A DNA stretch of 63,960 nt, filler included, from Octopus bimaculoides (GCF_001194135.2; 5 parts of 5 records of this genome joined end to end with filler, not necessarily neighbours in it); one strand, 5' to 3'; positions 13,451 to 27,958 are shown, numbered from the whole stretch's first letter. The notes: generated by a model not told the origin, from the letters alone. Program-made: numbers and translations.

Positions 13451-15424
13451 GAAACAGCTATGTTTCCAGTGGTCAATTATTTAAACTGCAAGCAACACTT
13501 TGCGGCATTTTCTAGCTCTTTATGTTCTGATTTCGAATTTTCACCGTAGCTAATTTTGCATTTCATCATTTCGGAGCCGATGAAATATGTACCAGTCAAC
13601 TACTGGGGACAATGCTATAGAATTACTCCACTAAAGTTGCTGATCCTGTGCCAAGATTATTTACTTAGTTATTTTGAAAATCATTAGGTTTTGGGAATCT
13701 TGTCTTGCTCTATTTGTTCTGGTTTATAAAACCCAGTGTTCAAATCACTTAACATGCATTTTATCTTTCAAATATCCAAGTAGATAAAATAGAGTACCAC
13801 TCAGGTTTTGATTTTTGTCCAAAAATATTTTGCCTTGTATTTGTTTTGTTAATGTCAAATCACTTCATTGCTGTATTGCTGTTAATAACCATATTCCTAA
13901 ATCTTGTATAAAACATCTCATGTGTATGGATTTGATTAACGTGGAATTCTCTACTTTTATGTAGTGACTAGTAATGGACTTATAAAAAGTTGTTGAGAGT
14001 ATATCAATATCTTATGTAATTGTTCAGCTCTCAAATGCAATAGTTACTTCCCATACTAACAATCATCATATTCATTTTTATCATCTATTGACAGTATTTC
14101 AACTTCAGAATCTTTACGTATTTTTATAAATATGTTCCTGTCTTATACTATTGAAGTTTCAAATAGGTGCCATAAGGATATCTTGTAAGGTGGGTTGAGA
14201 TTTCGATTTTTCTCTGTATATTGACAACTGTTTGTAAAAGATGCTATATTTTTCACCTAAATCTTGTTGAAATTTTACAGAATTCTAACTTCTACTTTGC
14301 AAATTTGTCATGCTCTTGCTGCACTTTAATTTATGCTGTATGGGACATCTTAATGCATTGTGCTCTCTTGTTTTCTTATATTATTCAAAAAGCCTGTGTA
14401 GCAACGATAAAAATATATCGACTGTTAACTACCAGTGTAATTACTTATTTTCTGGTTGTGCTGTTTAGTAAATGCTCATCAGCTATGATCTTGTAGAACT
14501 ATCTTCATAAAAATTCCAGCCGTGACCATTCCGAACCTTTTTAGTAGAGTGTGTACATAGAGCTACATGATCTAATAAATTCTATGATTAGTCTGTAAAA
14601 TAAGGGAAATCTAGCAGTATTTCCAGCAGATAGAATGACGCCGATTATGTTCATTCATTGGTATCTTTTTGCAGTTATCTTCAGTACTGCACTTCTAGGT
14701 ATTGTGTTTAGTATATTTTAATATTTTTATTTTTCACATATTTTCTATGCTGTACGTATAAATAAGGTTTCTATGCTGTACGTATAAATAAGGTTTCTTA
14801 AATTTGTTCTTAAATTTGTCTGCTACCATGTGGACTGCATCAATATTTACAAATGTATACACAGATTGGCATATAATTCCCTTTCCATTCAAAAACTAAA
14901 CTTTTTAAATGCAATGGTAAAGTAATTTTCCCTTTAGAGTTATTAATAGATACTGGAAATTACTTTGAACTAAATGTCACGAATTATAATTCACCAATTA
15001 CATTCCATTTACAGTTTCGAATGGCGATTATTTATAAGCTGAGTCCCAGCAAAACATAATGTATTTGGCCCCAGGTAAACAACTTACGTCATCCCAAAAA
15101 TCAAAAAAAATTTAAAAAATAGGTTGATGAAATTTAAAGTGAAAAGTGACTTTTATTTATTACTCCCTATAACATCCTTGAAATAACCACTCTATGTAGA
15201 AAATTGTTTATCATTTGTTTGAGACGAATCGTCATGTATTATTCAAAAGAACGTTCCGTTCTTTCCTTTCAATAACTCAATTTGGGTTCTTTCCGTCATT
15301 GATTTTATTTTTATCTATGTTTCTTTATTTGCTTCAAGTAAACCATGTTATTATTATTTTACTGCTTTCAGCCACTCAGCTCTGTCCATAGTAAGCATCA
15401 GTTCAGGTAATATATTTACTGAAT

Positions 15425-15640
15425 AAAGGCGCCAAGCTGACGGAACCGTTAGCTTGCCGGGCAAAATGCTTAGTGGCATTTAATTCGTCTTTACGTTCTA
15501 AGTTTAAATTCCGACAATGTTGACTTTGCCTTTAGGTCGACGACATAAGTACCAGTTGAATACTGGGAAAGATGTAATCCACTTACTGCACCTTCTAAAA
15601 TCAATAGCCTTCTGCCAAAATTTGAAACCAATATATTTAC
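15425..15640 (+). mobile_element. SINE family A
   Basis: aaggcgccaagctgacggaaccgttagc head plus the shared core. Multi-copy in the window. Confidence 0.75.
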
Positions 15641-16935
15641 TGAATTATTCGACTTCTTTCAATTGTCTAAAATGTGTTTCATTTACGACATACATTTGGA
15701 AATTGCATCTTTAAACCACAGACGCATCATTATATTTGTTTAATAAAACAAAACAACAAAACAATATTTATGATATTAAAGGACTGGATTAAGAATGTCA
15801 AATTAAGTAAAATGTTTGAGTCTGACTATGGTCATTCTACAGCTACCCCATAATATTGCATTTCATAGCCATGATATACTATATTCTGGCCGTCTGTTTG
15901 TCTGTCTGTTTCTCTGCCTTCCTGTCTCCCTGCTTGTCTGTCAAGATATATACACACCGACCTCTCCATCATATTATAATATTTTCTGTTAGCCGAGTGT
16001 GCTAGAGGAGCTGTCTGCCACATAAGTTTCTGAATCCATATCTAATACTACTGTTATGGGGATAATACTAATACTGTCCCTTGTGACATGTGGTATATCA
16101 GATCGCCCGTAATGAGGCACGCACAATCCTGCCCTTTCCTGCCCTTTCAATCCATGCCCTTTCCTGGTGGTGCAGACCCTGCTTAGAGGAAACACTGTGC
16201 ATTTTGTTGACAAAGGGACTGATCATTAATAAATTCACAGAAAGAATATTAAGATCCTTACATGCTAGGAAATGCAAATATGCCCATTATAATAAGCGCA
16301 ATTCACTATCATCACTGACTTAATTTACAGATTACTTAGATTGTCAGATAATGAACCTAAACAACTCCTTGGGACACACGTTGCGATATAACATCACAGA
16401 GATACACCACTGGTCTATTATATTTTATGGTATCTATTTATTCACAGAATACCCTTGCGTCTGTCCTTGCATATTGCCTACATTAAACATCACAGGATAT
16501 CATTAACTTAACCACAAGACCTTCGATAAATTGCTTTTTCAACTAACACCTACAGACAACTATAGATTCGCAATACTGTTAATACAATTAAAGACGGACT
16601 ACATGCTTTTTGAATTAATATGCATGAAAAGATCAGTTGATTAGCGCTTACGCTACGTGCATGAAATTATTACTATATTAATATTATTTTATTGCTTGTT
16701 TCATTGTTTCATTCTTTTATTGAAATGCCTAGTTTGACTAGAACCTTCCGGTGGAGTACACCATCGGAACGTACTGTGCGTTCAGCTAAACACGGTTATA
16801 TATATNNNNNNNNNNNNNNNNNNNNNNNNNNNNNNNNNNNNNNNNNNNNNNNNNNNNNNNNNNNNNNNNNNNNNNNNNNNNNNNNNNNNNNNNNNNNNNN
16901 NNNNNNNNNNNNNNNNNNNNNNNNNNNNNNNNNNN

Positions 16936-16988
<53 letters not shown>

Positions 16989-17169
16989 GAAGCAGGTGAG
17001 TATGTCCATATATATGTATATATATATATGTATATATAAGCGTATGTTGTGATATATGTACGTATGTACCGTAGCCACTAAAAGATTTACTACCAACAAA
17101 ACGCCAGAACTAGTCACCCGGAACCTCTGGTAACTTGGGACGCAGTGTGATACAAAATGGCAGGGCAAC

Positions 17170-17350
17170 TACCAAAGAGCTGTAGAAATTACTTGCGGCG
17201 TCACTAGTGCTAAGCTGTATCGGTCTTTGCCTTTCCCTTGGATAACATCAGTGGCGTGTAGAGAGAAGGTTGGTATGCATGGACAACTGCTGGTCTATAG
17301 ACTACTTTGCCCGTGCTTGTGACTCGGAGGGTAATTTTCTACGTGCAGTC
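17170..17350 (+). mobile_element. SINE family C body fragment
   Basis: Matches the reverse complement of 44170-44380. Confidence 0.65.
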
Positions 17351-17894
17351 ACACATACATATATATACATATATATATATATACATATATATATACATAT
17401 ATATATATATACATATATATATCCGTATGTATGGATGTTTGTGTGCGTGTATGCGTCTGTGTAAGCAATTTCAACTAATTGGTTAATGTAATTTTTTTTC
17501 GTCAGATGCACAAAAGCAAACGGAAAAGATGAAATAACTTGTGTTTCTTGTGTGGTATTGCTTGGTGAATTATAGCTTGTTTTCATATCTTTATAATTCC
17601 AAACTATTTCAGATTGTAATGGTTATTTAATGTTTCTAGTGTAAAGCAATATGCTGGCTTCTTTACTGTACACAAACAAACACCGACACATACACACACA
17701 CACGCGCGCCCGCACCCCCACCCTATTTTAGATGATAATGGTTATTTAATGTTTCACGTGTAAAGCAATATGCTAGCTTCTTTACAGTGGTTTTGGAATA
17801 CTTTTAGTATATATTTTTGCTATTGCAACTGTTTAGTGATTCTTATTCACTTGAAGAAGATTAATTATAGAGAAGTATTATTTTAAGGAGTTTT

Positions 17895-18012
17895 GACACA
17901 AGGTTTTGTCGGCTTGAAGCTATAGAGATTTGGTCAAGATGCCACGCAGTGAGACTGAACCCGGAAGCATGTGATCGGGAAGCGAGCATCTTACCACACA
18001 GCCACGCCTGGG
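17895..18012 (-). mobile_element. SINE family B tRNA-like head
   Basis: Reverse complement matches the head of the 35988 copy (ggctgtgtggtaag...ccgggttcagtc). Confidence 0.7.
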
Positions 18013-20944
18013 CCTATTTATAGATTAAATTAAAATAGACATTTATGTATCAAACTATATGTATAAACACTGTTAGAATGTATGGTTTTGTATAATTCTA
18101 GGATATAAAATCTGTTCATAGTTTTGCTATGCAAAACACCACAATATGTTTCGGAATCAAACAAATCTCATCGCTGCAGTGATGCAAGATTACACAGTCG
18201 CGTTTCGCTTTTCGTCAGGATTGTCAATGTCTTGCACTCGATTGTCACCTGCTTAGATGACGTTCGTGTCTGAATATACATGAAACATATATATGAAATA
18301 GAGAATAAGTGAATAAAACGTTTAGTAGTATTTTTGGATCTTGACGCGCATTATCATTCTTATGTTGTGCCTTCATTTAGTGTGATACACAGCGATTTCA
18401 ATCTAATGCTGCTTCAATTGCCTGCATCGAGTTTTTATACGACCCTGCTATCCCCAACAATACCAGTGGATGTTTTATTCACTTTTTCTAATATACCGAA
18501 GCTAGAAATTTGTTTCAGTATTTGACAATCGACAGCGCAGTATTGACAAACCTAAGAGAAAGATGAAACCCGTCTGGCGTTATTCTGAGTAACTGCAGCA
18601 AAGATGTTTGTTTGCTTCCAATGTATATTGTAACGTAACAAATCTATGTAAAGATTTTAGTCTCAGATAATTTAACAGCAGTTGCCTTGCCTTAGAACGA
18701 TGTGTATAATTTTAGTATGACACACAGAAGAAGATTTTCTATATTATTAAGCACGTTAGACTTACACAGCTCTTGTAACAAAAACATGTTCATAAATTTC
18801 TGAAGAAAAGCTCTTTTATTATTACTAGACTTTTTAGGGAGAAATAAATGGCAATAAGCTTGCAAAATGAAAATTATTTAAGATTAAAATCTTTCTGGCC
18901 AGAGAGAATATTATTTAACACAAACATACCACTGTATGTTATCTTTTGTATATGATTTTCGCGACTCAAATGTAATTTTTAGAGCAACTGTTTCATAGAA
19001 TTAGACACGGTAAGTGGATGGAGATATTACATTGGATTAGGCTAATTTCAGTTTTAGTTTCAAATTCCCTATTGCTACATCCTTTGCATTTAGGATGTGG
19101 AGTGCTGAATGCATATCTTTTGCATATAGCACTTAATCAGAAGACGTCTAAACAGTGTTATTTTGAAATGGTTTATAACGTTTGATATTTTTTGTGGTAC
19201 CACTCTCGCATGCTATTTTCATATTTTAAACATCTGTTGAGGCTGTGTTTTGTCAAACAATCTTTTGGTAGTCTTAGTTGGTAGGACGTTTTAATCTCAC
19301 AATATCATATATACGAATATGTGTTTATTTAAAGTTGCATGCGGAACACCATTACAAGGGGGTATGTCACATGGTTGATGTATCCATATAAATTGCTTAC
19401 CTGCAACAGCCATTTGATCACTATAAAATTGTCAGCAATATATGTTCTATATTGTAGAATGATTTTTGTGAAACGTTTGGTTATTATAAATAATAAATAA
19501 AGAAATCATTATATTACAGGAGATAGCTTTCCTTGAAAGTGAAGATAACTTTCTATTAGGGCGATCATCTTCGGGTTCCTTAACTCGGTTTCCAGCTTTA
19601 GGCGTGAAATTTTTGTACGGGTTTGATCGCACCGCAATGTACTCTGTACTTCTATTATGACTATACTATAACCATATCACGCTTGCCGAAATATATACAT
19701 ATGAGCGAGAAAACTGATAAACTGTTGTTTTTGAGCAAATGCCCAGTACTTGAGCCCGAGTAGTTGTGCACAGAAATACCCTTGTCATTAACAAAATCGC
19801 AATATTAGCGAACCATTACTCCGAGAGAAAGATTGAAACAATTGGGCAATTCTACACAAAATACATGATATAGAAAAAAAAGTAGCAAGAAGAAAGTTAC
19901 AAATGTTTTTGGTTCCATTTTTTCAACTTATTAATGACACTTTTAATGTCCAGATATCTCAGATTTCCAATCATTTGATTTAATACTTTTGCTGCTACAA
20001 GATGGAATTGATGTTAAGTGTCACGACAAGAAATATTGTATTTTCCTGGATCGAATATCTTCTCTACATTAATCTTATTTCCTGATGGACGCCATCAATT
20101 AAAATGTCTTGATACTCTTGTGAGTTTCAGGTTTTTGTTTCGATAACTCCTACGTAGCAAGTCTTATTTTTCATGTCATTTGAAAGATTCATAACCATTT
20201 CTTATTTTTTTAAATTCTTTGATCTGTGAAGTGCTCGTGGTTATTGTAAGGTCCATGTTTTCTCATTGAATTTCGTAGATTGTCTTCATGCATCTAAAAT
20301 AAACGCGCTTTTGATTTGATATATCCTCCATTTTGTCTTGTGCAATCACTTTCGAATTGCGAAATTGATTCATTTTTCACTGCTGTATTCTTATACACAT
20401 TCAACATATTTTACTTTAGGAAACAGTTTTTCTCGTTTTAGATTTCTGTTTAATAGTATATTATCTTCGGCATTCAATAACCTCCACTGTGCTACAGGTT
20501 TACCTGCCCAACCTCTATTTCTTTGGTCTGCTTTCCTATAATTTCTCTCTGTGTCTATTCATTCATCACTACTGGAATTAATTTGATTGTAGCAGGCAGG
20601 AAATGATTTTAATCCGTAGCATTTATTTGCCCCTTTTAGATTATTGCTTGTAAAGTTTCATTCATTGTGTTATTACCATTTTTTGAAATGTTTGTAACAA
20701 TTCGGTAAAAGTATCTTCAATATTAAGACGATTGAATGGCAGTATGTGCAGAACACCGAAGAAAATTATTTTCGTTGTTTTGCTGCATCCATTTATGTTA
20801 TAAATCTAAATTCTGATGGGAATGATTGCAGTCGGATCCTTTCGGCATCGATAAATTTATTAACAGGCAGAAACTGCAGAAAATGTAATGAATTACAGAT
20901 CTCACCAGAAACATGTTCACTCGTGCCATTGTTAAATATCGCTA

Positions 20945-21006
<62 letters not shown>

Positions 21007-21211
21007 GTTGTTGTTGTTGTTGTTCTTCTTGTTGTTGTTGTTGTTGTTGTTCTTCTTCTTCTTCTGGTTACTGCCTGGAATCGAACTCGGAATCTTGGGG
21101 TTAGTAACCCGCGCTCTTAAGCACTACGCCATATGCCCGTGGGCATATGCCGTAGTAGTTAAGAGGGCGGGCTACTAACCTCAAGATTCCGAGTTCGATT
21201 CCAGGCAGTGA

Positions 21212-21283
<72 letters not shown>

Positions 21284-21469
21284 CAACATCAAAAATACCT
21301 TAGGAATGAGAACCTAGTTTCCAAAATTCCCCAAGACACCTGATGAAGCCTGGAGGGTATATCAGCCGAAACGTTGTGTTAACAACAAACAAGATGAGAA
21401 CAAATATCAGTCAATTGTAATTAATGTAAATAATGTACATAATTCCTCATCTCTTAAATATAGAACTGA

Positions 21470-21470
<1 letters not shown>
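20945..21470 (+). mobile_element. tRNA-headed, hammerhead-bearing short element with fold-back (inverted) 5' duplication
   Basis: Palindrome centred on catatgccc-gt-gggcatatg (~21139). Right arm has A/B-box tRNA head, (AAT)n and an HHR module, and matches 48861-49127. Left arm is an inverted head plus microsatellite. Confidence 0.85.
21335..21380 (+). ncRNA. Minimal type I hammerhead ribozyme motif (copy 1)
   Basis: GACAC-CTGATGA-a-gcctg[gagggtatat]cagcc-GAAAC-GTT-GTGTT: stem I GACAC/GTGTT, conserved core, one stem II mismatch. Confidence 0.55.
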
Positions 21471-21532
<62 letters not shown>

Positions 21533-21534
21533 CA

Positions 21535-21715
21535 GGCAGCGAGCTGGTAGAATCGTTAGCCTGCTGGACGAGATGTTTAGCGGTATTTCACACTTCGTTA
21601 CGTTCCGTTGTGGTCGACATGTTTTTCCTATTCATTCTTTCGCGGTCGATGAAATAAGTACAAATTACACACTGGGTTCGATATAATCGACTAGGTCCAT
21701 TCCCCCCAAATTTTC
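21535..21715 (+). mobile_element. SINE family A
   Basis: aggcagcgagctggtagaatcgttagc head plus core. Confidence 0.7.
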
Positions 21716-21904
21716 AAGATCCTATTATTGTTTCCCCTGATTTCTTTAGTCAAATAATGGCAGATTTACGGCTGGTGATTTAGCTACTGTTGAAGCTGCA
21801 GCGTTAAATAGAGAAGCGCGTTTGTTGTATCTACTAATACAGGGTGTTTGATCGGACTACTACTTGATATGACTGACGGTGGTTTGGGGCGAGTGGGACG
21901 GGAT

Positions 21905-22560
21905 TTTTGAGCTTAGCGTCGACAAGCTGGAACTAGCACAGCTAAGGTACAGAGATTTATAAACAACATCTCTAAAAAAAAATCTATGTTATAAAACACC
22001 ACATCGTATTTACGATAAAGGAATCCATCTATGGAAAATCACATTGTAGTAGTTAAGATATAAAAACAAATATCTATAAACATCTCAAAGTTTCGGCAAA
22101 CATAGCAAGTAATGAGAAAGGCTAACGCATTTTATGGGCGAGCTGTTAAATGGCCATCCTATCGTGTGAATGCCTACAGCAGCACTTAAAATCAATTGGA
22201 AGGGGAGGGCTAGAAAGGGAGAGAGAAAGAGAGAGAGAGAGAGAGGTGGGGGAACGAAGAGGAAGCAGGTAAGTAAGCTCGTCAAAATTCCAGCGTGGGG
22301 ACAAATTTATGTATAGAAAACTAGATTTGGGGGTAGGACATAGCATATATAAAATATAGAAATTTATGAAATGTTTTGAGAGTAGCGTCGACAAGTTGGA
22401 ACTAGCATAGATAAGATATAAAAATTTATAAACATCTCAAAGTTTTTTTTAAAAAATCTATAGTATAAAACACCATATCGTATTTAGGATAAAGGAATCT
22501 ATGGAAAATCACATCGTAGTTAAAATATTAAAAAATCTATAAATATCTCAAATTTTCACT
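21905..22560. repeat. Imperfect ~190-bp direct repeat pair (~21905-22090 and ~22372-22560)
   Basis: Both units begin ...tagcgtcgacaag(c/t)tggaactagca and end ...ctataaa(c/t)atctcaaa; roughly 80% identical by eye. Confidence 0.7.
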
Positions 22561-23285
22561 TTATTACAAACCCCGGAGTCTTGGATGCGTAGCAGTCTTG
22601 TTGACTGCGGCTTACGGTACCATGCTGTCTGTTCTTTACAACTATCTAATACTTTCCTGATTATTCTTTCTGATACCGTTCTAGGGATCACAAAATAGCT
22701 GGCACTATCTTCACCTTTATTTTCCATCAGCATTTGTTAGTTTCAGGCAAATTTCTACTGCTACACCTTTTTGTTGCTGGGCTGTGTTCAGCACTGTGTG
22801 TTCTCTTTTGTTGTTGGGAGATTACAAACTCTTCCCGGTAGTATATTGCATTAGTTTGTTTCCTTATGGCGTCTGGCGGAGTCTTTTGTTTTATTAGTGT
22901 TCGTATTGTGTCGTGTGTGTAATGCGTTGGGCAAATTGACTGCCGGTGGTTGTTTATGGCTGTGGGTTGTTGTGTTTGGGTTGTATTATTGGATTGATAG
23001 TGGTTGCATAGCATAGTGACTGTTCTTAGCAGTGCTATTTTTGTATAGCGTATAGTGTGGTGTATCCAGGTATAGTTCTAAGTTTTTGTTCATATGATTT
23101 TTCTTTATTATGCCCAATGATCCAATTTTTACTGGTATTGTTTTCCCCCTCATTCCCTACATCTTGAATACTTCTATTTTGAGGTCTCTGTAATTTGACA
23201 ATTTCACCACTGCTTTTGGTGAAATATTTTGGTTAAAAGGGACTGCAATGTCTCTTAGTAAACAATCGTTTTATTATTATTATTA

Positions 23286-23323
<38 letters not shown>

Positions 23324-24470
23324 GTTGTTGTTGTTGTTATTGTTGTTTTTTCTTCTTCTTCTTCTTCTTCTTCTTCTTCTTCTTCTTCTTCTTCTTCTTC
23401 TTCTTCTTCTTCTTCTTCTCATTGCCTTGGCACAGCTTCTAACGCTGGACATGTACTGCGGTATCAGCTGTTCACTACCAGTGAACTAAGGTAACTAAGG
23501 TAACCTGTCATATCTCTCGACTTTTCTTTCTTCCTTATCCCATATCTTGTTGTCAGCTGGGCATGCTATATCTATGATCCAGCATAGTTTGTTTTCTTTC
23601 TCAATTAAGACTATGTCTGGCTTCCTATTCTCTATCTCATGGTCCCACTGAATCATAAAAGCCCATAGAATCTTTGCATTTCTATTTTCGACAATGCCAT
23701 CAGGTTTGTGGTCGTACCAATTTTTTATCAATTTGTTTCTAATTTTCTATTATTATTTCTTTTTATCACGGGTACTTTTGGACCTCTTGGAGTCTTACAT
23801 GAAGAGCAGAATTGCTATCTGCAGCCTACGGTAGCATGCTATCCATTCATTTCAATTATCTAATACTTTCCTTATTATTCTGGCCAGGCAAATCGTTCGT
23901 AACAGTTCTACTGGGGACTCTATTCAAATTTCCTTTATATTCATCTTGATGCTTTCTGATACTGTCCCCACGGTCTAAACAATAATTGGCACTATCTTCG
24001 CCTCCTTCATTTTCCATAGGCGGGCTATTTCGTATTTAAAGGAGTGGTATCTATCTATATTGTTGCCTTCATTCTTGACTATTCCTAGGTCAAACGGGCA
24101 GGAAACATCTACTATATATCACATGCGGTACATCTTGTCGACCGCCACTAGGTCCGGTCTGTTATGTTATTGCACCTGATCTGTTTGGATTGGCAAATGC
24201 CAGACGATTTTTTGCTAGTGTCTGATTCCGCTACTCACTGTAGTTTGTGTTCATACCATGTCTTGCCTCTCTCTAGTCCCAACTTTTCGCACAGTTTCCA
24301 GTGTAGCACTTTCGCTACCTGATCATGTCGCCACAACATGTAGTGGTGTGGTGCAAGTGTAGGGCATTTGTTTGTGATATGGGCAATGATATTATTTACT
24401 GTATTACAAATACGGCAGAGCGGAGACACATGCTCATTCAAAAGTTTGAACCTCGAGCTCCTACCATATT
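22540..24470 (-). mobile_element. Cluster of R4/Dong-like LINE fragments separated by microsatellites
   Basis: WYDHKPDGIVENRNAKILW...RKPDIVLIEK...IIDIACP (23495-23731); PLCRIC...HITNKCPTLA...WRHDQVAKVLHWKLC (24235-24441); additional 3'-end pieces. Confidence 0.8.
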
Positions 24471-24486
24471 ATTTTATTATTATTTT

Positions 24487-25491
24487 ATGTTTGACTTTTG
24501 TTTTGCATTTGTACAAGTTGGATCCAAGTCTCACCCAGAGACCTCAAGAGACAAGTTAGAAGTTCATGTAGGTGTTATGCCTAGGGTACCATATATTTCG
24601 ATTTGTACATAGTGTTGTTCTAGAGAATGTTTAAGGAACCATAAGAAAATTGTGCTTGTTTTAAATTTGACATCACATAGCCAATATTTTACGTAGGATA
24701 TGGGCAGTTCCCATGAGCACTATCATTTGAACTTCAGCCATTTTGGGGTTTAATGGTATCTGAGCTAGGTAGTAATCAAACCGTTTCGCTATCATTCCCA
24801 GGGCACCTATGACAATAGGTATTGTNNNNNNNNNNNNNNNNNNNNNNNNNNNNNNNNNNNNNNNNNNNNNNNNNNNNNNNNNNNNNNNNNNNNNNNNNNN
24901 NNNNNNNNNNNNNNNNNNNNNNNNNNNNNNNNNNNNNNNNNNNNNNNNNNNNNNNNNNNNNNNNNNNNNNNNNNNNNNNNNNNNNNNNNNNNNNNNNNNN
25001 NNNNNNNNNNNNNNNNNNNNNNNNNNNNNNNNNNNNNNNNNNNNNNNNNNNNNNNNNNNNNNNNNNNNNNNNNNNNNNNNNNNNNNNNNNNNNNNNNNNN
25101 NNNNNNNNNNNNNNNNNNNNNNNNNNNNNNNNNNNNNNNNNNNNNNNNNNNNNNNNNNNNNNNNNNNNNNNNNNNNNNNNNNNNNNNNNNNNNNNNNNNN
25201 NNNNNNNNNNNNNNNNNNNNNNNNNNNNNNNNNNNNNNNNNNNNNNNNNNNNNNNNNNNNNNNNNNNNNNNNNNNNNNNNNNNNNNNNNNNNNNNNNNNN
25301 NNNNNNNNNNNNNNNNNNNNNNNNNNNNNNNNNNNNNNNNNNNNNNNNNNNNNNNNNNNNNNNNNNNNNNNNNNNNNNNNNNNNNNNNNNNNNNNNNNNC
25401 TATGATAAACCCCTCTGTTTCTGATTTCAAGCCAGAGGCCATTAACCATTGGTGGGTAAGGGCTTTGTCAATATCTGCATTATTCGCTCTC
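24487..25491 (-). mobile_element. 5'-truncated R4/Dong-like LINE spanning a gap
   Basis: HQWLMASGLKSETEGFII before the gap and TIPIVIGALGMIAK...GTAHILRKILAM* after it. (ATT)n at both ends. Confidence 0.85.
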
Positions 25492-25553
<62 letters not shown>

Positions 25554-25899
25554 GAGTTAGTGCGAGCATCACACACCATCAAAATACTGCTGCGGTACAA
25601 ACATACGAAGCCTAGTTTAGCCATCATGACAATCCGTCTGATAAGGTTACTCTTGGCATTCGCATCACAATCATATGTTTACGCTATCAAGAGACTGCAT
25701 ATGACCTTGCAGGAGGGGCCCAGGTAGAATGTTCTTCATGTTGAGTAACCCATCACAATCAAATGGTGCTTATATACACCCAAAAACCTTATAAGAAGCT
25801 CTGCCCTGGTCATCTACTCGTATATTTACTTTTTCTCTAATTAAAATACATAAATGTTTTCTCATTTCTTGGCGTCTGTTGCATTGAACAATCTCCACC

Positions 25900-26640
25900 G
25901 TGGTGGGCCCCACTGCTGCCTAATCGCCTCCAGTCTCCAGATTACTGTCAGTTCTTTTGATGTTAGTGCTGGGTTGATTTCTCTATTTTATTTTTACCAG
26001 TATTCGATAAAATCCATTTCAGTCCGAGTCTAGTTGTTTGCTTTGTTTAGGGAACCATTGTAGAATTGTACGGCGAATTGATTTGCGATTTAGCGAGGAT
26101 ATATTTTTTCAGGCTATCTGTGACTGCAGGTATTTTGGTTTCGCTATATATTTGCGTAGGTTTTAGCTTTCCATTTTTCTTTAGTTGTGTATATTGGTTA
26201 TTGATTTTCTTAAGGAATGAAAAATATTTTCTTTTATTTTTCTTCTGTTTCTTACGTCCAGATTTGCGTTATTTTTTGTTACATTGTTTAGATTTATCTT
26301 AGGGAAATGTCTTCGCAGGTGCACAGGAATATCTGTTATCGATTTTACTTCTTCAGGTATTTCCTCCTTTAGCTTATTGTCGTAGTCATAATTACGATGT
26401 TCAGATGTTTCTATTTAAAAATATTTCTCATATTCTCTATTATTCATATCTTTTGGTGGAGTTGTGTTTAGTAACTTTTGGTCAGTATTCAGTAAGTATT
26501 TCTGGGCTCGTTGATTTCTTGTTATTTATGTATTTCCATTGCTTGGCATGTATTAGGTCCATCTGTATGGTATTCGTTGTCAATATTTATATTTATCTTA
26601 TTATGTGTTCTTTCTTTTATATTGTGGTTTGATGAGTGAT
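25900..26640 (-). mobile_element. Decayed R4/Dong-like ORF N-terminal/pre-RT fragment
   Basis: Lys/Asn-rich degenerate ORF with ...NGFYR... and W(R/E)xIW-like context. Many stops. Confidence 0.45.
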
Positions 26641-27421
26641 ATATACTTCTGCATTTAGGTCTTAATCAGATAGTTTATTTGAAGTCAAATTAGTTGGTCT
26701 AGTAGGATTCAAATTTAGTTTAATTTCAAATCCATTCGTTTTTCCTATTAAAAAAAAGATGCAATTTCGTTGTTCGGGTAGAATGTTGCTATAAAATATG
26801 TATGAAGCATAAAAAACTCATCCGTCTCTCATTAATTTATAAAGTGTTTCATATGTGATATTTTTTTCCTGGCATCCTTTCCATTGGGCACTCAGAGATC
26901 TGTTTCTGGTCATGCAGATTTTGCCACGCCCCACCTTCGTGCATATTTATGCATCACCTACAAAGTATACATTCATTTTTCTCTCGAGATGGAACGATGC
27001 AGTTTCCATTCGTATTGTCCTTCTTTGTATAAGCAGGATGACTGAAACGTTCTAGTGCTAATATGAACTACTGGATGCTAGTCTTTTTAAAAAGCAGTGG
27101 CCGGTCACCAATAAGCATTAATATAAAAGCAAAAATGAAAATATATGGCTACAATATCCTTAAACAAACCTTATTCAGGAACCTTTTGAGAGGGATGGGC
27201 TACTCGACCTGAAGAAAATTCTAACTGGGCCCCACCTGCGAGGTGATGCGCTATTTATCTTGAAATGAGATCACCATGTCACGTACATATGGTTGTGATG
27301 CATGTGCCTGGTGTAACCCTATCAGACGGGTAGTCATGATGGGTATAATGCGCTTCGTATATTTTACCCCAGTGTCACTTTGATGGCATGCACTGCTCCC
27401 GCACTCGATAATAATATTAAT

Positions 27422-27500
<79 letters not shown>

Positions 27501-27502
<2 letters not shown>

Positions 27503-27860
27503 CGACATAGCATGGCCCGGTGTCAACGAGATCAATGCGAAAGAAGAAGAAATAAACAACTATGAAGATTTAAAGTGGGAAATACGAAGATTGTGGTCAA
27601 TGACGAGAGAAGGCGTGATACCAACAGTAATTTGTGCAATTGGAAGTATCTGCACTCAACTACCGACATGGCTGAAAATGATTCGTACAAGTGAAAAGAT
27701 AGAACACCTACAAAAATCATCATTGCTTGGAACTACAAGAATTTTTCGCAGGGTTCTTGAAGCATGACCAGTAAAATAAGTATCACCTTAGTCTGCTGGC
27801 TGTGGACAGCTGACACATTCCATCATACCCAGCAATATAAACTGTGAGTTTTGATACAAC
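27501..27860 (+). mobile_element. R4/Dong-like LINE 3' end
   Basis: IDIAWPG...YEDLKWEIRRLWSM...LQKSSLLGTTRIFRRVLEA*. Begins directly after (AAT)n and ends in an (ACA)n(CTA)n(AAT)n tail to ~27965. Confidence 0.85.
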
Positions 27861-27868
27861 AACAACAA

Positions 27869-27958
<90 letters not shown>

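Noticed and set aside
19570-20530. Possible decayed APE/LINE or other coding sequence on the - strand
   Set aside because: Only a vague VIETK-type resemblance; too many stops to support a call.
21139-21215. tRNA-like heads (also 48861, 35988, 44490) as genuine tRNA genes
   Set aside because: No acceptor stem closure, multi-copy, and fused to SINE bodies; they are SINE heads.
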